The notes below the pieces were generated by a model, which saw only the letters and a program-made list of their open reading frames with translations, was not told where the DNA came from and ran no database searches. From contig CALESY010000119.1 of assembly GCA_937919945.1 (NCBI GenBank), positions 25,768 to 89,767 on the forward strand: DNA of 64,000 nucleotides. Reading direction: 5' to 3'. Positions within the stretch are counted from its first letter, which is position 1, and each line of letters starts with the position of its first letter. Source of the DNA: an uncultured Chitinophagaceae bacterium. GTDB lineage: Bacteria; Bacteroidota; Bacteroidia; Chitinophagales; Chitinophagaceae. The translations under genes and the position numbers were made by a program. This document shows positions 18,517 through 28,876 of this stretch, piece after piece.

Positions 18517-19291
18517 CTAAACGAAGAGATGAATTAAGGAATGGTGTGCGTTGCAATAAAGGCATCACACCACTTTGCAGCATAGCTTGCAGATTATCAG
18601 CATGTTTTACATGGTGCATATCCGTACCGCAATATTGATATAAGCCCGCAGCAAGTAAATCTTCTGCTGCACGCTTTACAGCACCTCCATAATATCCGAA
18701 CAACGAAAGTACATTCAGTTGTAAGTAGCAACCTCTGTTACGCAATTCATTATACGCCTGCATATTGCCATGATAATAAGCGTATCGCTCGGGATGTGCC
18801 AATATTGGTTTATAGCCTTTTGCCTGTATCCTGAAAAGTATATCGTCAAACCTGATAGGCTCAAACATGAATGATATTTCTACCAGTACCTGATTATCAA
18901 CAATCGGCATCAATTCACCGGCTTCAAGTAGTTGAATGAAGTGATCATCTATATAATACTCAGCCGCTGCCCGTATCGGGAAGTTAATATTGCGTTCATG
19001 CAATGCATGCTGCAAACTTTGTAGCCCTGCTTGTATATTATAGCTGTTATTGGGATAATGGTCGTATTTGATATGCGGTGTAGTAATAGCACTATGAAAG
19101 CCCATAGACTGCAGGCGTTGTATAAGCATAATGCTATCTTCTATCGTTTGCGCGCCATCATCTATGCCAGGTATCAGGTGAGAATGCATATCAGTACCTA
19201 AAAACGACCAATCTCCATAACCGCTAGGATTATGCGGTGCGTAATGAAGTCCTGAACTTTCTTTTTTCTTACCAAACAGCTTTGAAAACAT
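18512..19291 (-). CDS. PHP-family tyrosine-protein phosphatase (CpsB/YwqE type)
   Basis: DMHSHLIPGIDDG, TTPH, AAEYY, AHPERY, GTDMHH. Confidence 0.9.
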   Translation of the reverse strand: MFSKLFGKKKESSGLHYAPHNPSGYGDWSFLGTDMHSHLIPGIDDGAQTIEDSIMLIQRLQSMGFHSAITTPHIKYDHYPNNSYNIQAGLQSLQHALHERNINFPIRAAAEYYIDDHFIQLLEAGELMPIVDNQVLVEISFMFEPIRFDDILFRIQAKGYKPILAHPERYAYYHGNMQAYNELRNRGCYLQLNVLSLFGYYGGAVKRAAEDLLAAGLYQYCGTDMHHVKHADNLQAMLQSGVMPLLQRTPFLNSSLRLV

Positions 19292-19598
19292 ATTTATACT
19301 ACTCCTATCAGGTTGTAAATATAGCGCTATTTAGACTAATGCTATTATAGGCTTAAGCTCAAAAGCAATTATGTAGATACTGCACTGACTATATATAAAT
19401 AGCCCCACCTTAGTTTCTTCAAGCCTACCTTCCCGTTTTCACTATACGTCATTATACAAGCTACCAACACAGGCCTAAACCACCTAAGGCATAATGATAG
19501 AGCACTAGTTAACTATTTATACAATAGCTGGCATCAATATTGGTATCAATATTACCCAAGGTATTACGTATGCTAATGCAAAAATGAAGCTAAATTTT

Positions 19599-20000
19599 TC
19601 ATAGTGTTTGCTTTATTGCTTTCTCTTTTTTCAGCAACGCAAAACCACACAACATAGCCAAAAAACCAATCGCCCCTATAATAAACTGCATGAAAAATAA
19701 CATCCTCGTCATCAGTATCTGTGTTATTATCCATATTATTATACCAAGCCCTGTTACCATAATACAATAGCTATAATGCCGCATCCTGTACAGTCCGCAT
19801 ACAGATGCAGCTATACTGCCTAAACCCAAAACCGTAAACAAAATAAAACCCGGTATATAATAATCACTGAAAGGACTGTGTTGCAAGTAAGACGATTGCA
19901 GACCGATGTTACTGCCACTTACGTCAAGCATCAATAACATTCCGCAATATGCAGCAACAAAACCATGTATTAATAATAAGAGAGAAATAAACAAACGCAT
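19599..20000 (-). CDS. Hypothetical membrane protein (about 4 TM), last gene of the cco operon
   Basis: 133 aa hydrophobic ORF, 8 bp downstream of the preceding gene. Confidence 0.7.
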   Translation of the reverse strand: MRLFISLLLLIHGFVAAYCGMLLMLDVSGSNIGLQSSYLQHSPFSDYYIPGFILFTVLGLGSIAASVCGLYRMRHYSYCIMVTGLGIIIWIITQILMTRMLFFMQFIIGAIGFLAMLCGFALLKKEKAIKQTL

Positions 20001-20008
20001 ACATACTA

Positions 20009-20716
20009 CTATTTATGACAGCAACTTGCTTTCACTTGGTTTTGTTCTACTGTTACTTTAGGGCTCAGATAAGGAATTCCAAGATTCATACCACGCACAA
20101 CAAATAATGAGCCGAACACAAACATAATAACAGGCACTAACTTTCTCACATGATTAAACCTTAAAAAGCCTGTCTTATTTTTTAGCAGTGTAATACCTAC
20201 CATCATTGGCACGGTACCTAAACCAAAAGCATACATCAATATAGCAGCCTGTATAGCAGTAGGTGCAGTAACTGTTGATGACAATGCCATATACTCAAGG
20301 CCACACGGCAATAAGCCGTTCAGTAGTCCTGCCATAGTAAGGCTGAACAATGATGGATTACCGATAAATCGTCCTAATTGTATTTTTACAAAGCCTGCCC
20401 AGGGCAGCGATATTTTGATGGAATGGTTTGGAATAAATGAGATAAAACCTATTACCAACAATACAACCCCTAAAGCAATAGAAATATTCTGTTGCCATTG
20501 TGGTTGAAACAGATGTCTGAATGAATGCAACACAACTGCCATTGCAGCATATACACTTATACGTGCTATATGATACAGGGTAATACCCAACCACTTTTTA
20601 AACCCGCTCATCATTCCGAATGGCATCACCCAAACGATGGGTCCGCACATACCTGCGCAATGCAGACTACCTGTAAGCCCCATTAGCAAAGCCATTGAGA
20701 GTGTAAAGCTGCTCAT
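20009..20716 (-). CDS. DsbD_2/TauE-like membrane protein of cbb3 oxidase assembly loci
   Basis: GSLHCAGMCGP and GLLPCG Cys motifs, FGLGT. Confidence 0.88.
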   Translation of the reverse strand: MSSFTLSMALLMGLTGSLHCAGMCGPIVWVMPFGMMSGFKKWLGITLYHIARISVYAAMAVVLHSFRHLFQPQWQQNISIALGVVLLVIGFISFIPNHSIKISLPWAGFVKIQLGRFIGNPSLFSLTMAGLLNGLLPCGLEYMALSSTVTAPTAIQAAILMYAFGLGTVPMMVGITLLKNKTGFLRFNHVRKLVPVIMFVFGSLFVVRGMNLGIPYLSPKVTVEQNQVKASCCHK

Positions 20717-20717
20717 A

Positions 20718-21173
20718 CTATCGCAGATTAAGAGTTGTTTCCTGATAATATTTTTTACCGTCTGCTTCCCAGTTCAGTTTGATGGTGTAGTTAGTTGTTC
20801 GTAACTCGCTACGTTGCACCGTCATGCTATTATTAGCAGTATTAATATTGAATGTTTTATCCCAAGAAGCATTAACGGGTGAATAAAAATGCACATCCCC
20901 ATTCAACACTTTGTCTGAAAATTCGTGTGGGAATTCTATAATTATATCTGTAGCATTCGCGTGTATAGAAACAGGGGCTGACAAAGAAGCCTGGTTCTTG
21001 CCGGCATCTATTACTTGCTGATATTTTATTTCTTGTCCGTAATAGTCAGGTGTTACAAGGTCAAAATCTTGCCGCATACTGCCAGCTACCAGCATTACTA
21101 TTAAAACAACAAACCCTCCGTATAAAAGTGCAATCTTAGCACCCCAGTTTATTTTTAATACACTCATAATCAA
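20718..21173 (-). CDS. ccoH: FixH/CcoH family protein
   Basis: INWGAKI, single TM, DLVTPDYY..EIKYQ; position after ccoG. Confidence 0.85.
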   Translation of the reverse strand: MIMSVLKINWGAKIALLYGGFVVLIVMLVAGSMRQDFDLVTPDYYGQEIKYQQVIDAGKNQASLSAPVSIHANATDIIIEFPHEFSDKVLNGDVHFYSPVNASWDKTFNINTANNSMTVQRSELRTTNYTIKLNWEADGKKYYQETTLNLR

Positions 21174-21179
21174 TAATAT

Positions 21180-22580
21180 TTAGTTCGCTCCGAATGGTCC
21201 TAAAAATGATGTGCTGACTGTGCTTATTTTTTTACCGTTTTCATACACACCTATTTTCAGTTTTGTCTTGCGTTTATTAACGTACTTTTTATCTATATAA
21301 ATGAACATGGAACCTGCAGCCGCACTTTCTTTGGGCACTTTAAGGTTATCCTCACCCACCAGTTTGATACTGCCTTCAAAATCTTCTGGCTTCAGTTCCA
21401 GCACCTTGTTATAGTATGTTTTATTCAGAAACTTATAGTTGTATAGATTACTCAACTGATTATTTGGCTGTTCCTGATATAATTGTCCCGGTGTGCGAAG
21501 AATAGTAATGCCAACATCGGTACGTGTTACTAATAAGAAAACCTCTACAACCAGCAACAGTATCATTACGGCTGTATATGCTTTCATCCTGCCTGTAAAT
21601 CTGTACGGCTGCTTGGTACTTACATTATTTTCTGAAGCGTAGCGTATCAAGCCCTTTGGCAGATTCACAGCTTCCATCATTTTATCACAAGCATCTATAC
21701 ATGCCGTACAGTTGGTACATTCCAGCTGTGTGCCATGCCTTATATCTATACCTGTAGGACATACACGCACACATTGGTTACAATCTATACAATCACCTAT
21801 TGAACGTTCTTCATTCTTTTTGAATTTACCACGAGGCTCGCCGCGTACATGGTCGTATGTTACAACTATTGAGTTTTTATCAAGCAATACGCCTTGCATA
21901 CGTCCGTAAGGGCAAACAACCGTACAAATCTGTTCGCGCATCCAAGAATACACAAAGAAGAAAAGTGTGGTAAATATGACGATGGCTACAAACCCTCCAA
22001 AATGTTTGCTTAAAGGCTCTGATATGATAGTTCGCAACTCGTCAATACCTATTATATAAGCAAGAAATGTATTGGCAATTAAAAAGCTGATAGCCCAGAA
22101 AACTATCCACTTCATCATTTTTTTAAAAATCTTATCTCCGTCCCATTTTCTGTTTTTCAATATCCGTTGTTCAGCCGCATCTCCCTCTATCCAGTATTCT
22201 ATTTTACGGAAAACAAGCTCCATAAATATGGTTTGCGGGCATACCCATCCGCAAAATATTCGCCCGAAAACAACTGTGAATAAGGCTATGAATATGATAA
22301 ATATGATCATCCCCAAACCGAAAATGAAAAAATCCTGTGGCCAAAATATCTGACCAAACAGGATAAATTTTCTTTCCAATACGTTAATGAGAAATAACGG
22401 GTGTCCCTGGTATTTTATAAACGGCAGAGAAAACAATATCAACAGATAAAAAACACTGAGCAAAGTGCGGGCGTTGTATAATTTCCCTTTAGGTTTTTGA
22501 GGAAATATCCAAATCCGTTTACCCTCTTTATCTACAGTCGCAACCTTATCCCTGAACGATGCCGTATCAGTGCCGCTCAT
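21180..22580 (-). CDS. ccoG: CcoG/FixG 4Fe-4S accessory protein
   Basis: FCGWVCPQT, CPYGR, CIDCNQCVRVCP, CTNCTACIDAC. Confidence 0.95.
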   Translation of the reverse strand: MSGTDTASFRDKVATVDKEGKRIWIFPQKPKGKLYNARTLLSVFYLLILFSLPFIKYQGHPLFLINVLERKFILFGQIFWPQDFFIFGLGMIIFIIFIALFTVVFGRIFCGWVCPQTIFMELVFRKIEYWIEGDAAEQRILKNRKWDGDKIFKKMMKWIVFWAISFLIANTFLAYIIGIDELRTIISEPLSKHFGGFVAIVIFTTLFFFVYSWMREQICTVVCPYGRMQGVLLDKNSIVVTYDHVRGEPRGKFKKNEERSIGDCIDCNQCVRVCPTGIDIRHGTQLECTNCTACIDACDKMMEAVNLPKGLIRYASENNVSTKQPYRFTGRMKAYTAVMILLLVVEVFLLVTRTDVGITILRTPGQLYQEQPNNQLSNLYNYKFLNKTYYNKVLELKPEDFEGSIKLVGEDNLKVPKESAAAGSMFIYIDKKYVNKRKTKLKIGVYENGKKISTVSTSFLGPFGAN

Positions 22581-22608
22581 CTTATTTTGTTTTAGTTAGT
22601 TTGCCTCA

Positions 22609-23766
22609 TTACTTACTTGCTACTTTTGCACTATCTGCAGCGGGTGCAGCAGTGCTATCTGTTGGTGTACTCGCTTCTATATACAATTCGCCCTGCTTGT
22701 CTTTAGGTGCTGCTGGTTTAGTTCCTTGCAACGATTTTACATAACTGGTTATCTGTGCTATCTGATTGGGCGAGTAATCATCTTTCCAACTCTTCATACC
22801 CTTGTCAGGATATCCGTATTTAATTGTTTTGAAAATGTCTTTAACACTACCGCCGTGCAACCAATAATCATCTGTCAGGTTAGGGCCTACACCGCCGCCC
22901 CCGTCTTTGGCATGGCAGGCTGCGCATACCTGATCAAAAATAGTTGCTCCGGCAGCTATGCCATCAGCACCCAACATCTTCACTGTGTTTTCATCTACAT
23001 TATTAGCACTCTTGGCCAGGTATTCGGCTTTCGCTTCTTCGCCTGCCTGCATTTCAGCTACAAACTCATCATGAGAACTCGGACCATTACCACCCGCATG
23101 ATAATACCACATATAAATAAAGCCTACTACTATCGTTACATAAAAACCATATTTCCACCATGGCGGCAAGCTGTTGTCCAATTCTTTAATACCATCATAA
23201 TTGTGGTCTAATAATATATCTGCTTCTTTTTCTAAAGGCACTACTTTATTGAACCTATCCCAGAAGTTTACTTTCACTATCTCTTTAGCTACTGCAGCCT
23301 TAGCAGGGTCATTACTAATGAGGCGTACCATAGTACGAACAAGAAATGCCAATGATATAACAACCAGCAATTGCAGTGCAATAATACTTATCAATGTATA
23401 AAAATGAACTGCAGGTATACCGCTTATGAAAGCGGGTGCCTGAGATGCAGTCTCGGCTACCTGTGCATTTGCTGCAAATGAACCAACAGTTGCTGCTATC
23501 AACAGCAACAATGTTTTTGCTATACCACTTTTCTTTTCATCGCGCATCTTATCGCGATATACGAATGCTAATTGCCTGAGTGTATTGCCCAATACCAGTA
23601 TGGCAAACAGCAATACCAGGGAAATACATACAAGTCCTATCAGGATGGCGTTGAATGAATTGCCTTCAGCTGCAGGCTGTGCTGCACTATCAGCTGCTAT
23701 GGCCAGCATGGGAGTAGCAACAGACAACATTGCAAGAGAGATGTATTTATTAAAACCTATGCGCAT
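22609..23766 (-). CDS. ccoP: cbb3 cytochrome c oxidase subunit III
   Basis: DHNYDGIKELDNSLPPWW, heme motif CAACH, GPNLTD. Confidence 0.93.
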   Translation of the reverse strand: MRIGFNKYISLAMLSVATPMLAIAADSAAQPAAEGNSFNAILIGLVCISLVLLFAILVLGNTLRQLAFVYRDKMRDEKKSGIAKTLLLLIAATVGSFAANAQVAETASQAPAFISGIPAVHFYTLISIIALQLLVVISLAFLVRTMVRLISNDPAKAAVAKEIVKVNFWDRFNKVVPLEKEADILLDHNYDGIKELDNSLPPWWKYGFYVTIVVGFIYMWYYHAGGNGPSSHDEFVAEMQAGEEAKAEYLAKSANNVDENTVKMLGADGIAAGATIFDQVCAACHAKDGGGGVGPNLTDDYWLHGGSVKDIFKTIKYGYPDKGMKSWKDDYSPNQIAQITSYVKSLQGTKPAAPKDKQGELYIEASTPTDSTAAPAADSAKVASK

Positions 23767-23785
23767 GATTGTGCGTTTTATATTA

Positions 23786-23962
23786 TTAATTATTGTCGTT
23801 ATCGTTTCCCAATGGAATGTTTTTTATCGTATTGATATAGCTCTTCTTAGCTTTGAAGGCCCACAATGCCAGCAAAGTGAAAAACACGAAGAAGATGAAC
23901 AGCGATATCATAGGGTAAATACCTACTCCTGTTATACTTTCTAAATAATGCCTGAATTTCAT
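23786..23962 (-). CDS. ccoQ: cbb3 oxidase subunit IV (58 aa); absent from the ORF track
   Basis: Hand translation MKFRHYLESITGVGIYPMISLFIFFVFFTLLALWAFKAKKSYINTIKNIPLGNDNDNN, between ccoNO and ccoP. Confidence 0.88.
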   Translation of the reverse strand: MKFRHYLESITGVGIYPMISLFIFFVFFTLLALWAFKAKKSYINTIKNIPLGNDNDNN

Positions 23963-23989
23963 TGTCGTTCTTTTTTACAGGATTAATAA

Positions 23990-26131
23990 TTAGTTAGATG
24001 CTGCTGTTTTCTGCTCCAGTTTAATATCTGTACCTACGCGCTGTAAATACGCTATCAGTGCTATGATTTCTTTATTGCTCTTAGCCTGTATATTATCTTT
24101 TGCCAAATTGCCACGTATTTGTTCAGCTTGCTTCATCAGGTCAACATTCGCTTTTCCCGCATACCCTTCTTCATATGGCACACCAAGCGTTTGCATAGCC
24201 TTAATTTTTGCAGGTGTTATGGCTGTATCTATGTCATTTTCAAACAACCAAGGATAAGCAGGCATGATAGAGCCGGGAGACATACTATTTGGCTCATACA
24301 TATGGTTGAAGTGCCAACTGTCAGGGTATTTGCCACCAACACGTGCTAAATCCGGCCCTGTACGTTTACTACCCCATTGGAAAGGATGGTCGTACACAAA
24401 CTCGCCGGCTTTCGAGTATTCACCATAACGCGCTACTTCACTACGGAACGGACGTATCATCTGACTATGGCATGTGTAACAACCCTCTCGTACATATATA
24501 TCACGTCCTTGCAACTCAAGCGGAGTATATGGTTTTACACTGCTTATCGTTGGCACGTTCGATTTTATCATGAATGTTGGTATAATTTCTATCAACCCCC
24601 CAATCGCAACAAGTACCAAACTGAATACCATCATCTGCACAGGGCGGCGTTCTATCCAACGGTGCCAGTGGTGGCTGCCGTGCTCTTCATATACTTTTGA
24701 TAATGGTGCTGCTTCTGCTGCTTCTTCATCTACTGCCTTACCGCTACGGATGGTTTTTACCAGGTTATATGTCATCATCACAGCACCTACCAAGTAAAGC
24801 ACACCACCTATACCGCGCATCATGTAGAAGGGACGCATCTGTGTTACCGTTTCCATAAACTGGTATTTCAATTGACCTTCTGCAGTAAATTCTTTCCAAG
24901 CCAGTGCTTGCATAAAGCCTGCCCAATACATTGGCACAGCATATATTACTATACCTAGTGTACCTATCCAGAAGTGCCAGTTGGCCATTTTCTGAGAGTA
25001 TAGGTTTGTTCTGAATATTTTGGGAATCAGCCAGTAGAGTACACCGAATGTCAAAAAGCCGTTCCAGCCCAACGCGCCAACGTGTACGTGTGCAATGGTC
25101 CAGTCTGTAAAGTGGCTGATAGCGTTTACTGTTTTTACACTCAACATCGGCCCTTCAAACGTAGCCATACCATAAGCCGTAACAGCCACCACTAAAAACT
25201 TCAACACTACATCTTCACGTACTTTATCCCAAGCTCCGCGTAGTGTCAGCAAGCCGTTCAGCATACCACCCCACGATGGTGCAATAAGCATTACAGAAAA
25301 TACCATACCAAGTGATTGTGCCCAGTCTGGCAAAGCTGTATATAACAAGTGGTGAGGGCCAGCCCATATGTAGATGAATATCAATGCCCAAAAGTGTATA
25401 ATAGATAACCTGTAAGAATACACGGGTCGATTAGCGATTTTGGGCAGGAAGTAGTACATGATACCCAAGTAAGGTGTAGTCAGGAAGAACGCTACCGCGT
25501 TATGCCCGTACCACCATTGTATAAGCGCGTCCTGTACACCTGCATACCAGCTATACGATTTCATGAAGCTGAATGGTATCTCCCAAGAATTAACAATGTG
25601 CAACATAGCTACTGTTACAAACGTGGCTATATAAAACCAGATGGCGACATACAGGTGGCGTTCGCGACGTTTGATGATTGTACCAAACATATTTACACCA
25701 AATACTACCCATACTAATGTTATCAGTATATCAATAGGCCATTCCAGTTCAGCGTATTCTTTACCAGTTGTATAACCTGCCAGCAATGACACTGCAGCTA
25801 ATACTATGATGAGTTGCCAGCCCCAAAAATGCAGCTTACTGAAGAAATCACTGAACATGCGTGCTTTACACAGCCTTTGCAGCGAATAATAAACACCCAT
25901 GAATATGCCATTGCCCACAAACGCGAATATCACAGCGTTTGTGTGCACTGGCCTTACCCGGCCAAATGTAGTTTCGGCAGTATTTAGGTTGAGAACAGGG
26001 AATACCAGTTGAAATGCAGCAAGTACCCCCACCAGCATGCCCACCAGCCCCCAAAGGATTGTAGCGTAAGCAAACCATTTTACGATTTTATTATCGTAAA
26101 AGAATTTGTCTGTTTGCAGTGTATTGTTCAT
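23990..26131 (-). CDS. ccoN: Fused cbb3 oxidase subunit I/II (CcoN-CcoO)
   Basis: HTNAVIF, WWYGHN, GPHHL, HVHVG, then GCYTCHSQMIRP and SKRTGPDL. Confidence 0.97.
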   Translation of the reverse strand: MNNTLQTDKFFYDNKIVKWFAYATILWGLVGMLVGVLAAFQLVFPVLNLNTAETTFGRVRPVHTNAVIFAFVGNGIFMGVYYSLQRLCKARMFSDFFSKLHFWGWQLIIVLAAVSLLAGYTTGKEYAELEWPIDILITLVWVVFGVNMFGTIIKRRERHLYVAIWFYIATFVTVAMLHIVNSWEIPFSFMKSYSWYAGVQDALIQWWYGHNAVAFFLTTPYLGIMYYFLPKIANRPVYSYRLSIIHFWALIFIYIWAGPHHLLYTALPDWAQSLGMVFSVMLIAPSWGGMLNGLLTLRGAWDKVREDVVLKFLVVAVTAYGMATFEGPMLSVKTVNAISHFTDWTIAHVHVGALGWNGFLTFGVLYWLIPKIFRTNLYSQKMANWHFWIGTLGIVIYAVPMYWAGFMQALAWKEFTAEGQLKYQFMETVTQMRPFYMMRGIGGVLYLVGAVMMTYNLVKTIRSGKAVDEEAAEAAPLSKVYEEHGSHHWHRWIERRPVQMMVFSLVLVAIGGLIEIIPTFMIKSNVPTISSVKPYTPLELQGRDIYVREGCYTCHSQMIRPFRSEVARYGEYSKAGEFVYDHPFQWGSKRTGPDLARVGGKYPDSWHFNHMYEPNSMSPGSIMPAYPWLFENDIDTAITPAKIKAMQTLGVPYEEGYAGKANVDLMKQAEQIRGNLAKDNIQAKSNKEIIALIAYLQRVGTDIKLEQKTAASN

Positions 26132-26165
26132 GTATTATGTTGTTTAGAAAGTTGTTGTTATAAGC

Positions 26166-26318
26166 TTAGTTTATTTTCAATTCGTCATCTTGCAGCATAC
26201 GTATAGCAGCACCTTGTTTGTCCTCAAACTGGTTGGAGCGTACACTCCAGATAAATGCTATCAGGAAAAATGCGGCAACTGTTATGCTTGCCAGTATTAA
26301 GAGATAAAGTGCACTCAT
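26166..26318 (-). CDS. ccoS: cbb3 oxidase maturation protein (50 aa); absent from the ORF track
   Basis: Hand translation MSALYLLILASITVAAFFLIAFIWSVRSNQFEDKQGAAIRMLQDDELKIN, matching the W..QF(D/E)D..RML.DD pattern. Confidence 0.92.
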   Translation of the reverse strand: MSALYLLILASITVAAFFLIAFIWSVRSNQFEDKQGAAIRMLQDDELKIN

Positions 26319-26389
26319 TTAGATAGTTGAGTTTGATAATCCAAAACTACCATCGTGCCTTCCGCAATGCTATGACAATACTCAAACCG

Positions 26390-26411
26390 AAACATGATTG
26401 TTATCATGTTT
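26390..26411. promoter_or_regulatory. FNR-like palindrome AAACATGAT-N4-ATCATGTTT upstream of ccoS-ccoNO
   Basis: Perfect 9-4-9 inverted repeat; -7 box TAGTTTTG at 26342-26349 on the minus strand. Confidence 0.75.
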
Positions 26412-26425
26412 TTGCAAACCAGTGT

Positions 26426-28876
26426 TTATGCTTTCAATGAAAGACCAGCCCTTTTTGCAACAAGACTGCCCAAACCTGTTGTTATCAATACTATACTCAG
26501 TGTACTGACAGGCATCAAAATGGCAGCTATCATCGGGTTCATTTTGCCTTGCATAGATATGCTCAGCCCGATGATGTTATAAAGAATGGATACAATAAAA
26601 CTAAAGTATATAATGTATTTGCCCGAATGAGCTAATTGCAACAAAGCGGGAAATTTAGCAAACTTACCAGCATCCAGTATAGCATCGCAAGACGGCGTGA
26701 AATTATTTATATCATCTGCCAGTGTAATGCCTACATTACTTTGTTGTAAAGCACCTGCATCATTCAATCCATCGCCTACCATCAGTACTTTGCGCCCTCG
26801 GTCTTGCAACTTTTTTATATAATGCAGCTTATCAAGCGGTTTTTGTTCAAATAATAACTTACTGCTTTGCCCGAAGAGTGTTTGTAACTGCTCGCGTTGT
26901 CTGTCATTATCTCCAGAAAGCAATGACAGTCCGTAACGCTTGTGCAATTGGGGTATCAGTTTGGCTACCTCTTGTCTCAATTCAGTGGTTATATAAAACG
27001 CTGTTACCTTATCATTGATGCGTATATATAAAGCGGGTTTATTGCTGTCGCTCTCAACTGTTACGCCCGTAAATGCTGCTGACCCAATCTGTATGGTATT
27101 ATTGCCAATTGTCGCATACAAGCCTTTACCTATGTGTTCTTCCCATGTGTATATCTCAACAGTCGGGAATGCCCCCAAGTACTTTACCAACGCTTTGCTG
27201 TAGGGGTGCTTACTATGCGATGCAATATTATATACCCATGCTTTCTCCGTTTCTGTAAGTTGGTGTCCTGTTGTATGAAACTGTTTACTGCCTTGTGTCA
27301 GCGTGCCTGTCTTATCAAACACAATATGTGTAGTATCGCCTATCTGTTCTATTACTGTTGCGTCGCGCAGATATAGTCCATTATTGCTTAGTAGCCTTAA
27401 AAGATTGCCGTTTGTATACGTTGCTGCCAGCAACAAAGCGCAAGGGCAAGCCACTATCAGCATGGCCGATACACTAGGCAATATTTTTGACGGGTCGTTT
27501 GCCCACCAATACAAAGTAGTAACCGCAGCCAGTACAAACAGCACAATTGTAAAGTACTTGCTCATCACATGTATCATGCTTTCACGATTGTTCTTCTCTG
27601 CTTTATTCTTTGCAAAAGAATGGTGATTCCAAAGTGATGTCAGGTAGCTGCCTGCTACAGGCTTTACTACTTGTATGGTTATCTTCTCTCCTACTTGCTT
27701 TCCACCTGCATATACTTGCTTTCCTTCTTCTACCAACACTGGTTCACTTTCACCTGTTACAAAGCTGTAATCAATACGCGCATTCCCTTTTATCAGTACG
27801 GCATCTGCAGGTATTATCTCATCATTATGCAGCTCTACAACATCTTTCTCTTGTAGGTCTTGAAGGTTTTTTGATATCGTGCCGTCTTTGGTTAACACAT
27901 TCACAGCTATCGGAAAATATGATTTATAATCTCTGTGAAACGACATTGATTTATATGCACGCTCCTGTACCACGCGCCCCACCAGCATGAAGAATACAAT
28001 ACCGCTCATGCTATCCAGATAGCCACTACCTGTATTGGTAGCAATCTCGTACACGCTTCTTGCAAACGTGATTATCAGCGCCAATACTATCGGCGCATCA
28101 ATATTTAATATTTTTTGTTTTAACCCGGCCCAGGCTGAGGCGAAAAATTCTGACGCGCTATAAAAAAACACGGGCAACGCAAGCACTAGATTCAGTACCC
28201 TGAACAGAAAAGCGTACTCATGCTCTATCCCTTTATCCAACGACAGATATTCAGGAAAGCTCATCAACATGATATTGCCAAAACAAAAGCCTGCAACACC
28301 TAGTTTGTATATCAGTTGCTTATTATGGTTCTTGGTTTTGCTCTGCGTAGCATCGTCCAGGCTTATGTATGGCTCATAGCCTATTGTTGTCAGCAACTCT
28401 ACTATTCTTCGCAGGGTAATTATATCTTTCTTAAACCGGATCGTTACTTCTTTGCTCGTAAAATTCAGCCTGCTTTCTGTTATACCGGTAGCCAATTTAT
28501 TCATGTGCTCCAGCAACCACATACACGATGCGCAATGCACACCGGGTATATAGAGCGTTACCATTGTATTATTACCATCTGTAAACTTGTATAGCTTCGA
28601 TGCTATTTCCTCATTATCCAAATAGGCAAACTTATCAGCTCTTGTTGGTTTAATTTGAGTAAGCCCGGGGTGAGATTGCAGTTTGTAGTAATCGCATAGC
28701 CCATTATCGTTTAGTATTTCATATACAAGTTTACAGCCCTCACAGCAAAATACTTTTTCTTCAATGGCTATGCTGTCTGTTATGCAATCTGTTCCGCAAT
28801 GGTAACACGCGGTAGATTTATGCACAACAGGTTTGCTGATGATAATAGTATTTCTTTCTGTATCAATTGTAGGCAT
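26426..28876 (-). CDS. ccoI: Heavy-metal P1B-type ATPase (CcoI/FixI)
   Basis: CYHCG, CCEGC, HCASC, CPCAL, DKTGTLT, GDGLND. Confidence 0.93.
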   Translation of the reverse strand: MPTIDTERNTIIISKPVVHKSTACYHCGTDCITDSIAIEEKVFCCEGCKLVYEILNDNGLCDYYKLQSHPGLTQIKPTRADKFAYLDNEEIASKLYKFTDGNNTMVTLYIPGVHCASCMWLLEHMNKLATGITESRLNFTSKEVTIRFKKDIITLRRIVELLTTIGYEPYISLDDATQSKTKNHNKQLIYKLGVAGFCFGNIMLMSFPEYLSLDKGIEHEYAFLFRVLNLVLALPVFFYSASEFFASAWAGLKQKILNIDAPIVLALIITFARSVYEIATNTGSGYLDSMSGIVFFMLVGRVVQERAYKSMSFHRDYKSYFPIAVNVLTKDGTISKNLQDLQEKDVVELHNDEIIPADAVLIKGNARIDYSFVTGESEPVLVEEGKQVYAGGKQVGEKITIQVVKPVAGSYLTSLWNHHSFAKNKAEKNNRESMIHVMSKYFTIVLFVLAAVTTLYWWANDPSKILPSVSAMLIVACPCALLLAATYTNGNLLRLLSNNGLYLRDATVIEQIGDTTHIVFDKTGTLTQGSKQFHTTGHQLTETEKAWVYNIASHSKHPYSKALVKYLGAFPTVEIYTWEEHIGKGLYATIGNNTIQIGSAAFTGVTVESDSNKPALYIRINDKVTAFYITTELRQEVAKLIPQLHKRYGLSLLSGDNDRQREQLQTLFGQSSKLLFEQKPLDKLHYIKKLQDRGRKVLMVGDGLNDAGALQQSNVGITLADDINNFTPSCDAILDAGKFAKFPALLQLAHSGKYIIYFSFIVSILYNIIGLSISMQGKMNPMIAAILMPVSTLSIVLITTGLGSLVAKRAGLSLKA

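Noticed and set aside
19292-19598. 306-bp spacer between the phosphatase and the cco operon as an ncRNA
   Set aside because: Only short palindromes (ATAGCGCTAT) and a 9-bp direct repeat (ATCAATATT) were seen; no convincing structure
20290-20310. LPCGLEY instead of the usual LPCGLVY in the DsbD_2 protein
   Set aside because: A single GTG-to-GAG substitution with both Cys motifs intact; may be polymorphism or a base error and cannot be evaluated here
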